Virus record (IMG/VR): IMGVR_UViG_3300023278_002893
Span: 1-64,000 of that record
Length of the DNA: 64,000 nt
Reading direction: 5' to 3' (one strand)
The notes below the pieces were generated by a model that saw nothing but the letters and a program-made list of their open reading frames with translations, was not told where the DNA came from and did no database searches. Shown piece by piece: positions 1 to 8,336 of the stretch. The stretch's first letter is position 1; each line of letters opens with the position of its first letter. The position numbers and the translations under genes are program-made.

Positions 1-2
1 GA

Positions 3-224
3 GACCTGAAGATCAACGGCAACATCGCGCTGATGAATCTCGACGGGCTGAGCGGCATCACTTCTTCGCTCGGAGGAGACCTGCAGATCACGAACAACGC
101 CGTGCTGACGAATGTCGACGGGTTGGGCGGCATCACTTCGGTCGGAGGAGACCTGCGCATCAGGGATAATGGTGTCGATAAGATGGCGAAACTAAAGAAA
201 CTTATTCGAGAGGGGAAAAGATAG
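3..224 (+). CDS. C-terminal end of a receptor-L-domain/leucine-rich repeat protein (5' end outside the window)
   Basis: Frame is open from base 3: DLKINGNIALMNLDGLSGITSSLGG-DLQITNNAVLTNVDGLGGITSVGG-DLRIRDN, i.e. 24-25-aa repeats. Confidence 0.7.
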   Translation, partial: DLKINGNIALMNLDGLSGITSSLGGDLQITNNAVLTNVDGLGGITSVGGDLRIRDNGVDKMAKLKKLIREGKR

Positions 225-227
225 ACG

Positions 228-473
228 ATGAATAAGAAAGAACCTTGGTGCTCGAAGCACGGCGCAACCCTTTGTGATTGTCCGGAACCGTCTCTAATCC
301 TGGGACAGCGGTGGAGCCAAGAAGAGTTGCGCAAGCACTGTAAAGAAGCTTTCGGTATGACCGATGAACAGATAGGTGACGATGAAATCCCACAAGGTGT
401 AATCAATCTCACTTTAGGAGAGGTGACGGAAGAGGACATGGAATGGGCGTGGGAACTTACTCCGACCATTTAG
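228..473 (+). CDS. hypothetical protein
   Basis: 81-aa ORF, tightly packed between neighbours. Confidence 0.55.
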   Translation: MNKKEPWCSKHGATLCDCPEPSLILGQRWSQEELRKHCKEAFGMTDEQIGDDEIPQGVINLTLGEVTEEDMEWAWELTPTI

Positions 474-489
474 GATGAGGAGAACCATC

Positions 490-1125
490 ATGAGTGACAG
501 AATCAAGTATCCTCGCACTCCTCATCTCCCTTGGAGCGAAAGCGTCACTGACGACGATCGAACTCTCAAGAATGTTGATCATCTGTTGGGAAAGAAAATA
601 GTCATCACCGAGAAGATGGATGGGGAAAATACCACCCTCTATCCAGATCATATCCATGCTCGTTCTTTGGATAGTAAAGATCATTGGAGTAGGCATTGGG
701 TGAAGGGTGCTTGGTCTTCTATCCGGCGGGATATTCCAGATGGATGGAGAATCTGCGGCGAGAACATGTACGCTACTCATTCCATTTCCTACGAAGATCT
801 CCCCTCCTATTTTCTCGCATTCTCTATTTGGAATAGTGAGGACGTGTGCCTTAGCTGGAGTGAGACAGAAGACAGCTGTGAAATGCTGGGTATCCCTACC
901 GTACCGGTTCTCTGGAAAGGAGAGTTCCAGGAGAGTATGTTCCCTGAGTTTTGGAACGACTTTGATCCTGAGACGACGGAAGGTTACGTAGTCAGGGTGG
1001 AAGATTCTTTTCGGCGCGAAGATTTTTCACAAAACATAGCCAAGTTTGTAAGAGAAGGTCATGTACAGACCAATGACCACTGGATGCACAGCGGTGCCAG
1101 AAAGAAGAATAGTTTGGGCGTGTAG
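490..1125 (+). CDS. RNA ligase family nucleotidyltransferase (Rnl2-like phage ligase)
   Basis: KYPRTPHLPWS, motif I EKMDGEN, RICGEN, EGYVVR, KFVR..HVQT..HW. Confidence 0.85.
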   Translation: MSDRIKYPRTPHLPWSESVTDDDRTLKNVDHLLGKKIVITEKMDGENTTLYPDHIHARSLDSKDHWSRHWVKGAWSSIRRDIPDGWRICGENMYATHSISYEDLPSYFLAFSIWNSEDVCLSWSETEDSCEMLGIPTVPVLWKGEFQESMFPEFWNDFDPETTEGYVVRVEDSFRREDFSQNIAKFVREGHVQTNDHWMHSGARKKNSLGV

Positions 1126-1192
1126 CTCAACGGTAGAGCAGCGGGCTTTCAATCCCGACCGGTTCGGGGTTCAAATCCCCGTACGCCCTCCA
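1116..1192 (+). tRNA. atypical tRNA with an 8-nt anticodon loop (readable as Glu-TTC or TCA)
   Basis: Acceptor GGGCGTG/TACGCCC, D-stem GCTC/GAGC, T-arm CGGGG-TTCAAAT-CCCCG, U73, encoded CCA; anticodon stem CGGG/CCCG closes the loop CTTTCAAT. Confidence 0.75.
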
Positions 1193-1311
1193 ATAGAAAG
1201 GAGACCAACCATGAAGTACGGAGGATTCGTCTGAATGTGGTTCTCGTAGTCCTCCTTAGTTAGTTTGAGAAGACAGACTCAACTTAAACTAACCTAAAAG
1301 GAGAACATATC

Positions 1312-1689
1312 ATGCGAGATCATAGAGTCTATTTGAAGGTGAAGATAAAATCTTTGGCCGCCGAATCAAAAATCATTCGGGCCGAGGAAAGAAAGAACAA
1401 GAGAGCAAGATCTGGACTAGCCGAACATCGGCGAGGAATCGTCCGAGCTGCGGCGAGACATACTCTTTTGGCCTATGGATTTATCCGCGGTCGAAAATAC
1501 AGCGACATGGAATCCAAATGCGGGCACGGCCCCAATTGGAATAACATCTGGCGCATGGTAGAGAAGTATGGAGTTCAGTGGGACGACGGAGAAGATCATT
1601 CGTCCTACAAAGAACGAAAATCGGAACAAGAAACTAAATTCCAGTATTGGAAAGATGAGGGACATCTCATCGTCGCGCAGAATGGGTAG
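1312..1689 (+). CDS. conserved phage hypothetical protein
   Basis: LKVKIKSLAAESKIIR...HRRGIVR..ARHTLLAYGFIRG pattern; AGGAG RBS. Confidence 0.7.
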   Translation: MRDHRVYLKVKIKSLAAESKIIRAEERKNKRARSGLAEHRRGIVRAAARHTLLAYGFIRGRKYSDMESKCGHGPNWNNIWRMVEKYGVQWDDGEDHSSYKERKSEQETKFQYWKDEGHLIVAQNG

Positions 1690-1794
1690 GCTAGCACGAG
1701 CCTAGGTACCAGCCTGTCTGCTCCCTCGGCCTCCCGGGGACTTACCAGCGCCGTCTGATTAAGGAAAAACGGGGGAGGCGCAAGGAGAAGAACC

Positions 1795-2109
1795 ATGAAT
1801 TTCGAACTCGAAACAATGCGGAAGCACATGTGGTGTAGTTGGTGGCACGCAAGGGTTGAAATCATCCCCGATTGGATGCCAAATTTTCCCCGGGATAATA
1901 CCAAACCAAAACTCGTCGTTCGTTACGGTGAATCCTATCTCCGGCACAGCGCGGGCCCCAAACAAGGATTCTTTTGGGATATCTATCCCGATGCCCTGCA
2001 CTCAGAAGAGCTGGCGATTATCGCCGTCTCTGAATGTCCCACCCCATCACTCCGCAACCTCATGCTGGTTGAGGGAGTCAATCCAAAGGATCCAAAACAT
2101 GGACGTTGA
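1795..2109 (+). CDS. hypothetical protein
   Basis: AGGAG RBS, 104 aa. Confidence 0.6.
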   Translation: MNFELETMRKHMWCSWWHARVEIIPDWMPNFPRDNTKPKLVVRYGESYLRHSAGPKQGFFWDIYPDALHSEELAIIAVSECPTPSLRNLMLVEGVNPKDPKHGR

Positions 2110-2410
2110 ACAAGCCAGGAAGGTGATAGACCAATATCGCACCCATCTAATTGATGAGTGCCCTGCGAACGGGCCCACAGACTGGTCCCCTTCGGAACAA
2201 GAACAACGCAATCACCTCTCCTATATGTTGGATAAAATGGGAGAGATGCTAGACGAAGTGGATGATTTGGACGCGCGAGCACAGGACTTCTTCGAGCCCT
2301 GGGAGAAATTCAATCGTTGGTTGGGCTTCATGCAAGGCGTCTTCTGGTCTGCGGGCGATTTTACCCTCGGTGCGATGAAAGATCACAACAGACCTGAAGA
2401 AACGGCTTGA
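2099..2410 (+). CDS. hypothetical phage protein
   Basis: ATG at 2099 (MDVEQARK); KFNRWLGFMQG motif. Confidence 0.65.
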   Translation: MDVEQARKVIDQYRTHLIDECPANGPTDWSPSEQEQRNHLSYMLDKMGEMLDEVDDLDARAQDFFEPWEKFNRWLGFMQGVFWSAGDFTLGAMKDHNRPEETA

Positions 2411-2435
2411 CAAAGGGGAAAGTATCCCGTATCAT
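2407..2435 (+). promoter_or_regulatory. sigma70-type promoter
   Basis: TTGACA-N17-TATCAT. Confidence 0.7.
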
Positions 2436-2520
2436 TGTATTCAGGAGTCCAGAGAAGGACTCATAGGAGTTAGTTATGAGTAAATCAGCAGTTATACATG
2501 TAGTCTCTTCATTCCATGCA

Positions 2521-2529
2521 TGCTATAAT
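2521..2529 (+). promoter_or_regulatory. extended -10 promoter element
   Basis: TG-C-TATAAT. Confidence 0.45.
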
Positions 2530-2655
2530 TGGGCCCCGATTCCAGGTCCCATCGGCTGATTCTCTAACTCACGAAAAACATTGAAGTTTTCAGAGTAGCG
2601 GAGGATCCTGAAGAGGGTCGCTCCGTTTTCGTGTTTCTGGGGAGGGATACAATTT

Positions 2656-3111
2656 TTGCGTAAACTGACTCGCAGTTGGACTAGAAAAGATGGGACTCTA
2701 GTCACCAAGACGTATACATATCGTCGAGGCACAGCTAAGCCTGCGAACAAGGATTACAAAGCTCGCTTCTTCAGGAACATAGACAGGGACGAAACCACAG
2801 GATGTTGGAACTGGAACAAGGGAACCAACGAGAGGGGGTACGGAAGGTTCAAAGTCGGTGGCAAGGACGAATTGGCACACAAATGGGGATATCAGTTCCT
2901 CGTGGGGGAAATAGAAGAGAGCGTACATCTCCACCATTCATGTCTTAACCATCGATGCGTAAATCCTTCCCACTTGGTACCTCTCGAACCCACCCGACAT
3001 GTGGCCCAACATTTAGGACACAATGTAAAACTGGATTTTTGGTCCCGAGAAGAACTAAGGAAATTCTCTCCTCCTGACCTAAAGGACGTGTTGGTCAAGC
3101 GGGAGCTGTAA
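2656..3111 (+). CDS. HNH endonuclease (HNH_3 type)
   Basis: GCWNW...GYGRF...AHKWGY...HHSCLNHRCVNPSHL. Confidence 0.9.
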   Translation: MRKLTRSWTRKDGTLVTKTYTYRRGTAKPANKDYKARFFRNIDRDETTGCWNWNKGTNERGYGRFKVGGKDELAHKWGYQFLVGEIEESVHLHHSCLNHRCVNPSHLVPLEPTRHVAQHLGHNVKLDFWSREELRKFSPPDLKDVLVKREL

Positions 3112-3275
3112 TGCCATACATCACCAAAAACTGCACTCGATGCGGAAACTGGATCAAGAGAAGCCGGAGGAAAAGAAACAGTCTCTGCCTCCGCTGCATT
3201 GAGAAGCTAAATGATGCCTGGTACAAGGTACGGACTGTGAAAGAAAAAGGAAACCGCGATGGCAAAGCAGAATAA
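3111..3275 (+). CDS. small Cys-motif (zinc-finger-like) protein, 54 aa
   Basis: TAATG coupling to the HNH gene; MPYITKNCTRCG...LCLRC. Confidence 0.55.
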   Translation: MPYITKNCTRCGNWIKRSRRKRNSLCLRCIEKLNDAWYKVRTVKEKGNRDGKAE

Positions 3276-3396
3276 GCTCAGAGAAAAGCTGTGGAAAGTG
3301 AATGTCATCCGGGGTAACAACGGGCAGCTCAAGAAGATCACCAGCAGACGTAGACGCGCGTTAGACAAGAAGAAATGCACGGAGGGAACTTCATGA
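3259..3396 (+). CDS. small basic hypothetical protein, 45 aa
   Basis: MAKQNKLREK...; ATGA overlap with the next ORF. Confidence 0.45.
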   Translation: MAKQNKLREKLWKVNVIRGNNGQLKKITSRRRRALDKKKCTEGTS

Positions 3397-3566
3397 GAAC
3401 AACTCACGTAAATGGATTCGAAGTGGCCGGGAATAAATTTCTGGCCATCGCGCTCAATGACGCAGATCCTACAGACGCCCATTGGTTCCTTCCAGGCGAC
3501 CCGGATCAGGACGAGATCGAAGACGCATTCTTGAAGGCAGTGACCTGGACGTCACCAGGAGATTAA
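3393..3566 (+). CDS. hypothetical protein
   Basis: GGAGG RBS and ATGA coupling. Confidence 0.55.
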   Translation: MRTTHVNGFEVAGNKFLAIALNDADPTDAHWFLPGDPDQDEIEDAFLKAVTWTSPGD

Positions 3567-3569
3567 TAT

Positions 3570-3646
3570 ACACCTGTAGCTCAGCCGGTTAGAGCGTTTG
3601 CCTGATACGTAGAAGGTCGCTGGTTCAAATCCAGCCAGGTGTACCA
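3570..3646 (+). tRNA. trnI: tRNA-Ile(GAT)
   Basis: Canonical cloverleaf ACACCTG/CAGGTGT, loop CT-GAT-AC, CCA encoded. Confidence 0.95.
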
Positions 3647-3661
3647 CAGAGGAGAGGAATT

Positions 3662-3928
3662 ATGCCAGGACATCAGATCGTAATAGAAGACACCTCTGAC
3701 CTGGGCAAGATGAAGATGTGGTTGCGGAACGAATACAGAATGAAGGACGGGACAGACTACGCAATAGTTAGGAGATTCGGTGAGACCCATGTGCTAACTA
3801 GGGAAATGTGGGTCGATTATATCAGAGGCGCTGCTGACAGATTTGATATAGACATCACCTCCGTAAGTCTCTACATCGCGAAGATGAAACCCACTACGTA
3901 TCCCACAGAGGAGAATGAGTGTGGCTAA
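3662..3928 (+). CDS. hypothetical protein
   Basis: GAGG RBS, 88 aa. Confidence 0.6.
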   Translation: MPGHQIVIEDTSDLGKMKMWLRNEYRMKDGTDYAIVRRFGETHVLTREMWVDYIRGAADRFDIDITSVSLYIAKMKPTTYPTEENECG

Positions 3929-4121
3929 GAAGACCAGACCTTTCCAAGTGAATGATCACGTTCGCACCCTGGCCAATCCAGAGGACAGTCCCGACGGCTA
4001 TGGTAGGATCAACTTTATCATCGAGAACGGTGAAAAGAGATTCCACGTGGTCAACATGAACATGCCCTATTCAGGCACCGTCAGCGCGTGGTTCAGTGCC
4101 AGTGAGCTGGCCCGAGGCTGA
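3915..4121 (+). CDS. hypothetical protein
   Basis: GGAG RBS, 68 aa. Confidence 0.55.
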   Translation: MSVAKKTRPFQVNDHVRTLANPEDSPDGYGRINFIIENGEKRFHVVNMNMPYSGTVSAWFSASELARG

Positions 4122-4129
4122 CCAGGTGT

Positions 4130-4318
4130 ATGAAAACCAGAAAGCATCACAATAATAAAGGCAATCGACAGATAAGCAGGGGACGTACTGAGTCTCAGGT
4201 CAGAGCGATTGCTAGAAAGATTGGCATCCCCTACAGAGTAGAGAGGACGCCAATTGATAAAGAATTCGACCCAGGAGAGTTTCCCGGGAAGATAGAAAAA
4301 GAAAGAATAAAGGAGTAA
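4130..4318 (+). CDS. hypothetical protein
   Basis: 62-aa basic ORF packed before csp. Confidence 0.5.
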   Translation: MKTRKHHNNKGNRQISRGRTESQVRAIARKIGIPYRVERTPIDKEFDPGEFPGKIEKERIKE

Positions 4319-4324
4319 GTGAAC

Positions 4325-4528
4325 ATGGCAAGTGGTACAGTAAAGTGGTTCAGTGAGCAGAAGGGGTATGGATTTATTACCCCGGAAGACGGCAGCAAGG
4401 ATCTTTTCGTACATTTCTCCAGCATCGAAGGTGAGGGGTTCAAGAACCTCTCCGACGGCCAGTCCGTCGAGTTCGTCGCGGGCGAAGGTCAGAAGGGCCC
4501 CGAAGCGCAACAGGTAAAGGGTCTCTAG
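4325..4528 (+). CDS. csp: cold-shock domain protein (CspA family)
   Basis: [31 protein letters not shown] (RNP1/RNP2 motifs). Confidence 0.97.
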   Translation: MASGTVKWFSEQKGYGFITPEDGSKDLFVHFSSIEGEGFKNLSDGQSVEFVAGEGQKGPEAQQVKGL

Positions 4529-4549
4529 ACCTAGCAGCTGTTCGGTGAG

Positions 4550-4864
4550 TTGAATGAGCCCCTTGTCCTCCGTAAGGAGGGCGAGGCGGCACAAGGTAAA
4601 GGAGACCCCGTGTCCGATAGGGTCTATAAAGGGCGGCTCCAGGTACAGAAATCTGAAGCGTTTGATGAGTCTGCGACTGATTTTGACGTCCAGCATAAGG
4701 GAGGATTGAATCCTTTCGATTTGCTTCGGGACGTACTTTATGCTCTTGCATACAGAGAGGTGTCGGGGGCTCGAATCGGCTCGACGGACGATAGTGTGCA
4801 GGTGAGCGACAACGGAGTATCTATCATCATCTCGCGAGACGGCGTGATTGAGATAGTAACCTAG
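4550..4864 (+). CDS. hypothetical protein
   Basis: 104-aa ORF, TTG start. Confidence 0.5.
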   Translation: MNEPLVLRKEGEAAQGKGDPVSDRVYKGRLQVQKSEAFDESATDFDVQHKGGLNPFDLLRDVLYALAYREVSGARIGSTDDSVQVSDNGVSIIISRDGVIEIVT

Positions 4865-4877
4865 CAGGAGTATTGTC

Positions 4878-5291
4878 ATGGCAGGACCATGTGAAGAGTA
4901 TGGATTCGAAGAGGTAGGTGAGGGGTGGCATTTTCTTCTCAAGTCCCTCGATATAATGATGGGGTTCGCCGTAGAAAGGGCTGTTCAACACGCCACTGTC
5001 GTCAAAGAACAGTATCGTGATAAGGAGTGTAAAGCAGATGCGAAGGTCATTATTCTTCAGATCAAGGAGAAGTTCGGAGGTCTTCGTGTATATTGGAGCA
5101 GTGAGGGTCTAGGAACCCGTCGCGAGTCCGAACTGATAGGCGCGACGGAGATTACAGAGCTGATGTCCCTCAAGACCTGCGAGACTTGCGGTTCCACAAA
5201 GGAAGTCGAGAGCAGAGCGCGGCAGAACCAACGCATGGGGTGGATCAAAACCTTTTGCGCCGAGTGTCACTCGAAAAATGACGAAAAATAA
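4878..5291 (+). CDS. conserved phage protein with C-terminal zinc ribbon
   Basis: QIKEKFGGLRVY; CETCG...CAEC. Confidence 0.75.
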   Translation: MAGPCEEYGFEEVGEGWHFLLKSLDIMMGFAVERAVQHATVVKEQYRDKECKADAKVIILQIKEKFGGLRVYWSSEGLGTRRESELIGATEITELMSLKTCETCGSTKEVESRARQNQRMGWIKTFCAECHSKNDEK

Positions 5292-5364
5292 GGGGCCATA
5301 GCTCAGCTGGGAGAGCACCGCGTTTGCAACGCGAAGGTCCGGGGTTCGATCCCCCGTGGCTCCA
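5292..5364 (+). tRNA. trnA: tRNA-Ala(TGC)
   Basis: GGGGCCA/TGGCTCC with G3.U70, loop TT-TGC-AA; followed by CAA (no CCA). Confidence 0.95.
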
Positions 5365-5377
5365 CAAAGGAGTGCCT

Positions 5378-5599
5378 ATGAAACTAACTTACAAAGCACT
5401 GTTGGAACAATTTCCGGATGATGCTGATTGTAGTTTTTGCGGCGAGAAAAATGACTGGGATCAGGACGGTTTCTTCTACCTCTGTCCCGAGGAGTGGATG
5501 GAGTTAGCTGATTCTGAGCCCGCATGTAAGAGCTGCCGAGAGGGGGCTCCAGGCAAAGCCCATGAGGAATTACACGGTAAAGGAAATGAGGGGAGGTAA
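5378..5599 (+). CDS. small Cys4 zinc-finger-like protein (paralog of 6003..6224)
   Basis: CSFCGEKNDW..DGFFY...ACKSC..G.PGKAH. Confidence 0.65.
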   Translation: MKLTYKALLEQFPDDADCSFCGEKNDWDQDGFFYLCPEEWMELADSEPACKSCREGAPGKAHEELHGKGNEGR

Positions 5600-5859
5600 T
5601 GAATCTAATGGATTCTGATGTCCTAACCGCACGGATGACCTTAGCCCCTTGGGGAGTCATGCCGGAAGACGTAGAGATTGGGCGGCACAAAGGGGAGATG
5701 TCTCTCCTGGTCACTGTTGATGCCGCTGAATACTCCGACGAGGACGATTGGGATGCAGTAGAACAGATGCTCATCCACGCAATCATGACACAGACTACCA
5801 TCTGCCTTCCAATGGTGGTCAAGAAAGATTTTCATTTCAACTTCAAAGGGGTCTCTTAA
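5599..5859 (+). CDS. hypothetical protein
   Basis: TAATG coupling; stop lies inside tRNA-Phe. Confidence 0.55.
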   Translation: MNLMDSDVLTARMTLAPWGVMPEDVEIGRHKGEMSLLVTVDAAEYSDEDDWDAVEQMLIHAIMTQTTICLPMVVKKDFHFNFKGVS

Positions 5860-5922
5860 CTCAATTGGTAGAGTGTCTGCTTGAAGCGCAGAAAGTTCCT
5901 GGTTCAAGTCCAGGGGAGACCG
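5850..5922 (+). tRNA. trnF: tRNA-Phe(GAA)
   Basis: GGTCTCT/GGAGACC, loop TT-GAA-GC, G73, followed by CAA. Confidence 0.9.
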
Positions 5923-6002
5923 CAAGGAAGATCCTACGCCTGCCTGTTGGCCCGAGGGTTGGGGAAGAAGGATGAAATAATCGGGCCCCTTGGAGATGAG
6001 GT

Positions 6003-6224
6003 ATGAGTACAGCGCTGGAACACAAACTTCCACGTCCTACCGACGAACCTGATGGTGAAACATGCAGATTTTGCGGAAAGAAAAATGATTTCTGGGACGA
6101 TTGTGGGTTCTTCTATATCAATCCTGACCCGAAAATAAAAGAACAACGAGCAGTGTGTGAGGAGTGTTACTTCGGGAGACCCGGTAGGGCACACGTAGCC
6201 CGCTTCGGCCTCGGCGAAAGATAA
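6003..6224 (+). CDS. small Cys4 zinc-finger-like protein (paralog of 5378..5599)
   Basis: CRFCGKKNDFWDDCGFFY...VCEEC..G.PGRAH. Confidence 0.65.
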   Translation: MSTALEHKLPRPTDEPDGETCRFCGKKNDFWDDCGFFYINPDPKIKEQRAVCEECYFGRPGRAHVARFGLGER

Positions 6225-6312
6225 GGAGGTGAGGTAACTGTCGGTTAGTTGCAGCAGACTGTAAATCTGCCGTCTTAGGGCTTCGCAGGTTCGACTCCTG
6301 CCACCTCCACCA
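6225..6312 (+). tRNA. trnY: tRNA-Tyr(GTA)
   Basis: GGAGGTG/CACCTCC, loop CT-GTA-AA, long variable arm, CCA. Confidence 0.92.
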
Positions 6313-6339
6313 TGTTTATATTTATCACTGGAGAAGCAA

Positions 6340-6540
6340 ATGAAGGTAGAAATTCTTGTCGCACGTGAAGATGGGATGTGGGATACGAAGATCGAAGACG
6401 TCCCGGAGTACATTCTTATGTCCCCGGGGATTGATTTCAGCGCGTGGTGCTCGGTAAATCTACCACACGAGCAGTACGGTGACGCGATATTATTCTCTAT
6501 CTACAACGACGCCCCCGAAGACGAGGGCGAGGGGAGATAG
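6340..6540 (+). CDS. hypothetical protein
   Basis: GGAG RBS, 66 aa. Confidence 0.55.
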   Translation: MKVEILVAREDGMWDTKIEDVPEYILMSPGIDFSAWCSVNLPHEQYGDAILFSIYNDAPEDEGEGR

Positions 6541-6573
6541 TAGAAAAATAAACTATATAGGAGAATTATCTTT

Positions 6574-7077
6574 ATGAAGAACACACTACGTGTACTGATG
6601 TTCGTCTTTACTATCATGGGCGTAATTACATCACCCGCCTTCGCGGAAGCACCCCTATGTAATGCTGAAACGGAGAGGATCCGTATAAAGCCTGAAAAGA
6701 ACAACGAACCGATCAGTCTGAGTGTTTTCATTCGGCGATCCGTAGACGACGTGGCCAATGAAAAGAACTATGAGGCGTGCATAACTTATTACTTGCCAGT
6801 CGAAGGTAGAATAACCGAAGAGTCGCAACTCCCAGCACCCCTCTGCATGACCTTAGTAGGAGGAGCTGATAAGTCTGTGGAGTTTGAAGGCGTAACTCCA
6901 GGTCTATACTTCGATATGTTCACAAAGTATGAAGCTCAAACCGAACCGCCCGTTCGATCCAAGTGCCATATAATCACTGGCGCCGACGACATAGACGGTA
7001 ATGGTGTTGTATCTACGAACGACATCATCGAACTCTTCTTCAACACTGGGTGGGTGTATTATAAACCAATAAACTGA
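6574..7077 (+). CDS. secreted protein with a C-terminal dockerin/EF-hand-like motif
   Basis: Sec signal peptide (MKNTLRVLMFVFTIMGVITSPAFA); DIDGNGVVSTNDII. Confidence 0.65.
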   Translation: MKNTLRVLMFVFTIMGVITSPAFAEAPLCNAETERIRIKPEKNNEPISLSVFIRRSVDDVANEKNYEACITYYLPVEGRITEESQLPAPLCMTLVGGADKSVEFEGVTPGLYFDMFTKYEAQTEPPVRSKCHIITGADDIDGNGVVSTNDIIELFFNTGWVYYKPIN

Positions 7078-7095
7078 GGGTGATTGGAGATAATT

Positions 7096-7344
7096 ATGAA
7101 TTTACTAGATGCTCTGGCAATAGTCAGGGACCTTGCTAACGAAAATATATTGGAAGATTTCTATTGTGACGACGAAGGTATGCGGGAGATAAGACGTAAG
7201 CACCTGAAAGCCGTCAAGGTTGTCGATGCTCATCTAGAATCCCTTAGAGGGGAAGGTCTCGAATATCCTTGCGGCCATCTTCGAGTGCCCGGTGATGATA
7301 TCTGTGGGAGTATGAACTGCAACGATGATTTGTTGTACTCATGA
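7096..7344 (+). CDS. hypothetical protein
   Basis: GGAG RBS, ATG at 7096. Confidence 0.55.
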   Translation: MNLLDALAIVRDLANENILEDFYCDDEGMREIRRKHLKAVKVVDAHLESLRGEGLEYPCGHLRVPGDDICGSMNCNDDLLYS

Positions 7345-7988
7345 TCTTCAAAAAGATTCTACCCCATATCTATCACCTCCATATGGAAGATTGCTACGAC
7401 CTGTGCATGCACTTCGTAAGATACCAAGAACATTGCGAGGGTCTTCAATGGAAGGATCAAATCTTCACCCTGTTGGAGTTGATGGAGTGCTACGCTAAGA
7501 CCTACGGTGATGGGGCATTCACTTACCCCAACGATTGGGCAGGGTTTAATGTTCCAAGCTCCACCCTCATCACCTTAGCAGAAGCAAATCTTCCAGACCT
7601 CAACAAGTATGACATCGCAATGAGGGCCCTCATAAAGACGGCCCGAGAAGAAGAAAAAGATGACAAGTTCTACTTCATTGGTACTTGCGATGGCGACGAC
7701 TTTCTAGAAGAAACCCTTGACCACGAGGTAGCTCACGGCCTTTACTTCACCACCCCAGAGTATCGTTCAGCAATGGATGAACTTCTGGATGCAATGCCGC
7801 ACAAGAATTACGACAAGGCTTGGTCAGCATTACAAGCCATGAAATATCACCCTGCAGTGTGTAGAGATGAGATACATGCCTACGCCTGCACGGGACCAGA
7901 CGTCGCGCTCAAAGCCGCTCTGTCCCCTGCAATATGTAAGCCTTTCATCAAGGCATACAAGGAACAACGAAAGATCCATAAGATTTAG
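7341..7988 (+). CDS. hypothetical protein with HExxH (possible zinc metallopeptidase)
   Basis: TLDHEVAHGLY. Confidence 0.6.
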   Translation: MIFKKILPHIYHLHMEDCYDLCMHFVRYQEHCEGLQWKDQIFTLLELMECYAKTYGDGAFTYPNDWAGFNVPSSTLITLAEANLPDLNKYDIAMRALIKTAREEEKDDKFYFIGTCDGDDFLEETLDHEVAHGLYFTTPEYRSAMDELLDAMPHKNYDKAWSALQAMKYHPAVCRDEIHAYACTGPDVALKAALSPAICKPFIKAYKEQRKIHKI

Positions 7989-7999
7989 CGGAGAAGAAC

Positions 8000-8242
8000 A
8001 TGAGCATTACAAGAGTCGTCACCACACGCGTAACCACAGGCATTGTCCCAGAAGTTGGAGACCGTGTTGAGTGTGACCTGGGACAACAGGGACCTTCGCA
8101 CTTGAAGATCACCCTCATGGGAAGAAAAAAGGTCAAGCTTAGGTATTCCACCGGCAAAGAGATAGAGATGCCTCGCGCATGGCTCGACGATCAAAGAGAT
8201 AAAAGCGACTGGCGCAAAAGGCAAGACAAAAGACGAGGGTAG
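8000..8242 (+). CDS. hypothetical protein
   Basis: GGAG RBS; stop lies inside tRNA-Ser. Confidence 0.55.
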   Translation: MSITRVVTTRVTTGIVPEVGDRVECDLGQQGPSHLKITLMGRKKVKLRYSTGKEIEMPRAWLDDQRDKSDWRKRQDKRRG

Positions 8243-8321
8243 GTGGCTGAGCGGCTTAAAGCACTCGCTTGGAAAGCGAACGTACTGAGAGGTACCGCAG
8301 GTTCAAATCCTGCCCTATCCG
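8237..8321 (+). tRNA. trnS: tRNA-Ser(GGA)
   Basis: GGGTAGG/CCTATCC, loop TT-GGA-AA, long variable arm, G73, followed by CAA. Confidence 0.93.
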
Positions 8322-8336
8322 CAAAAGAAGAGGACG

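Noticed and set aside
4067-4942. 291-aa minus-strand ORF
   Set aside because: Antisense shadow of csp and its neighbours; no RBS and no motif
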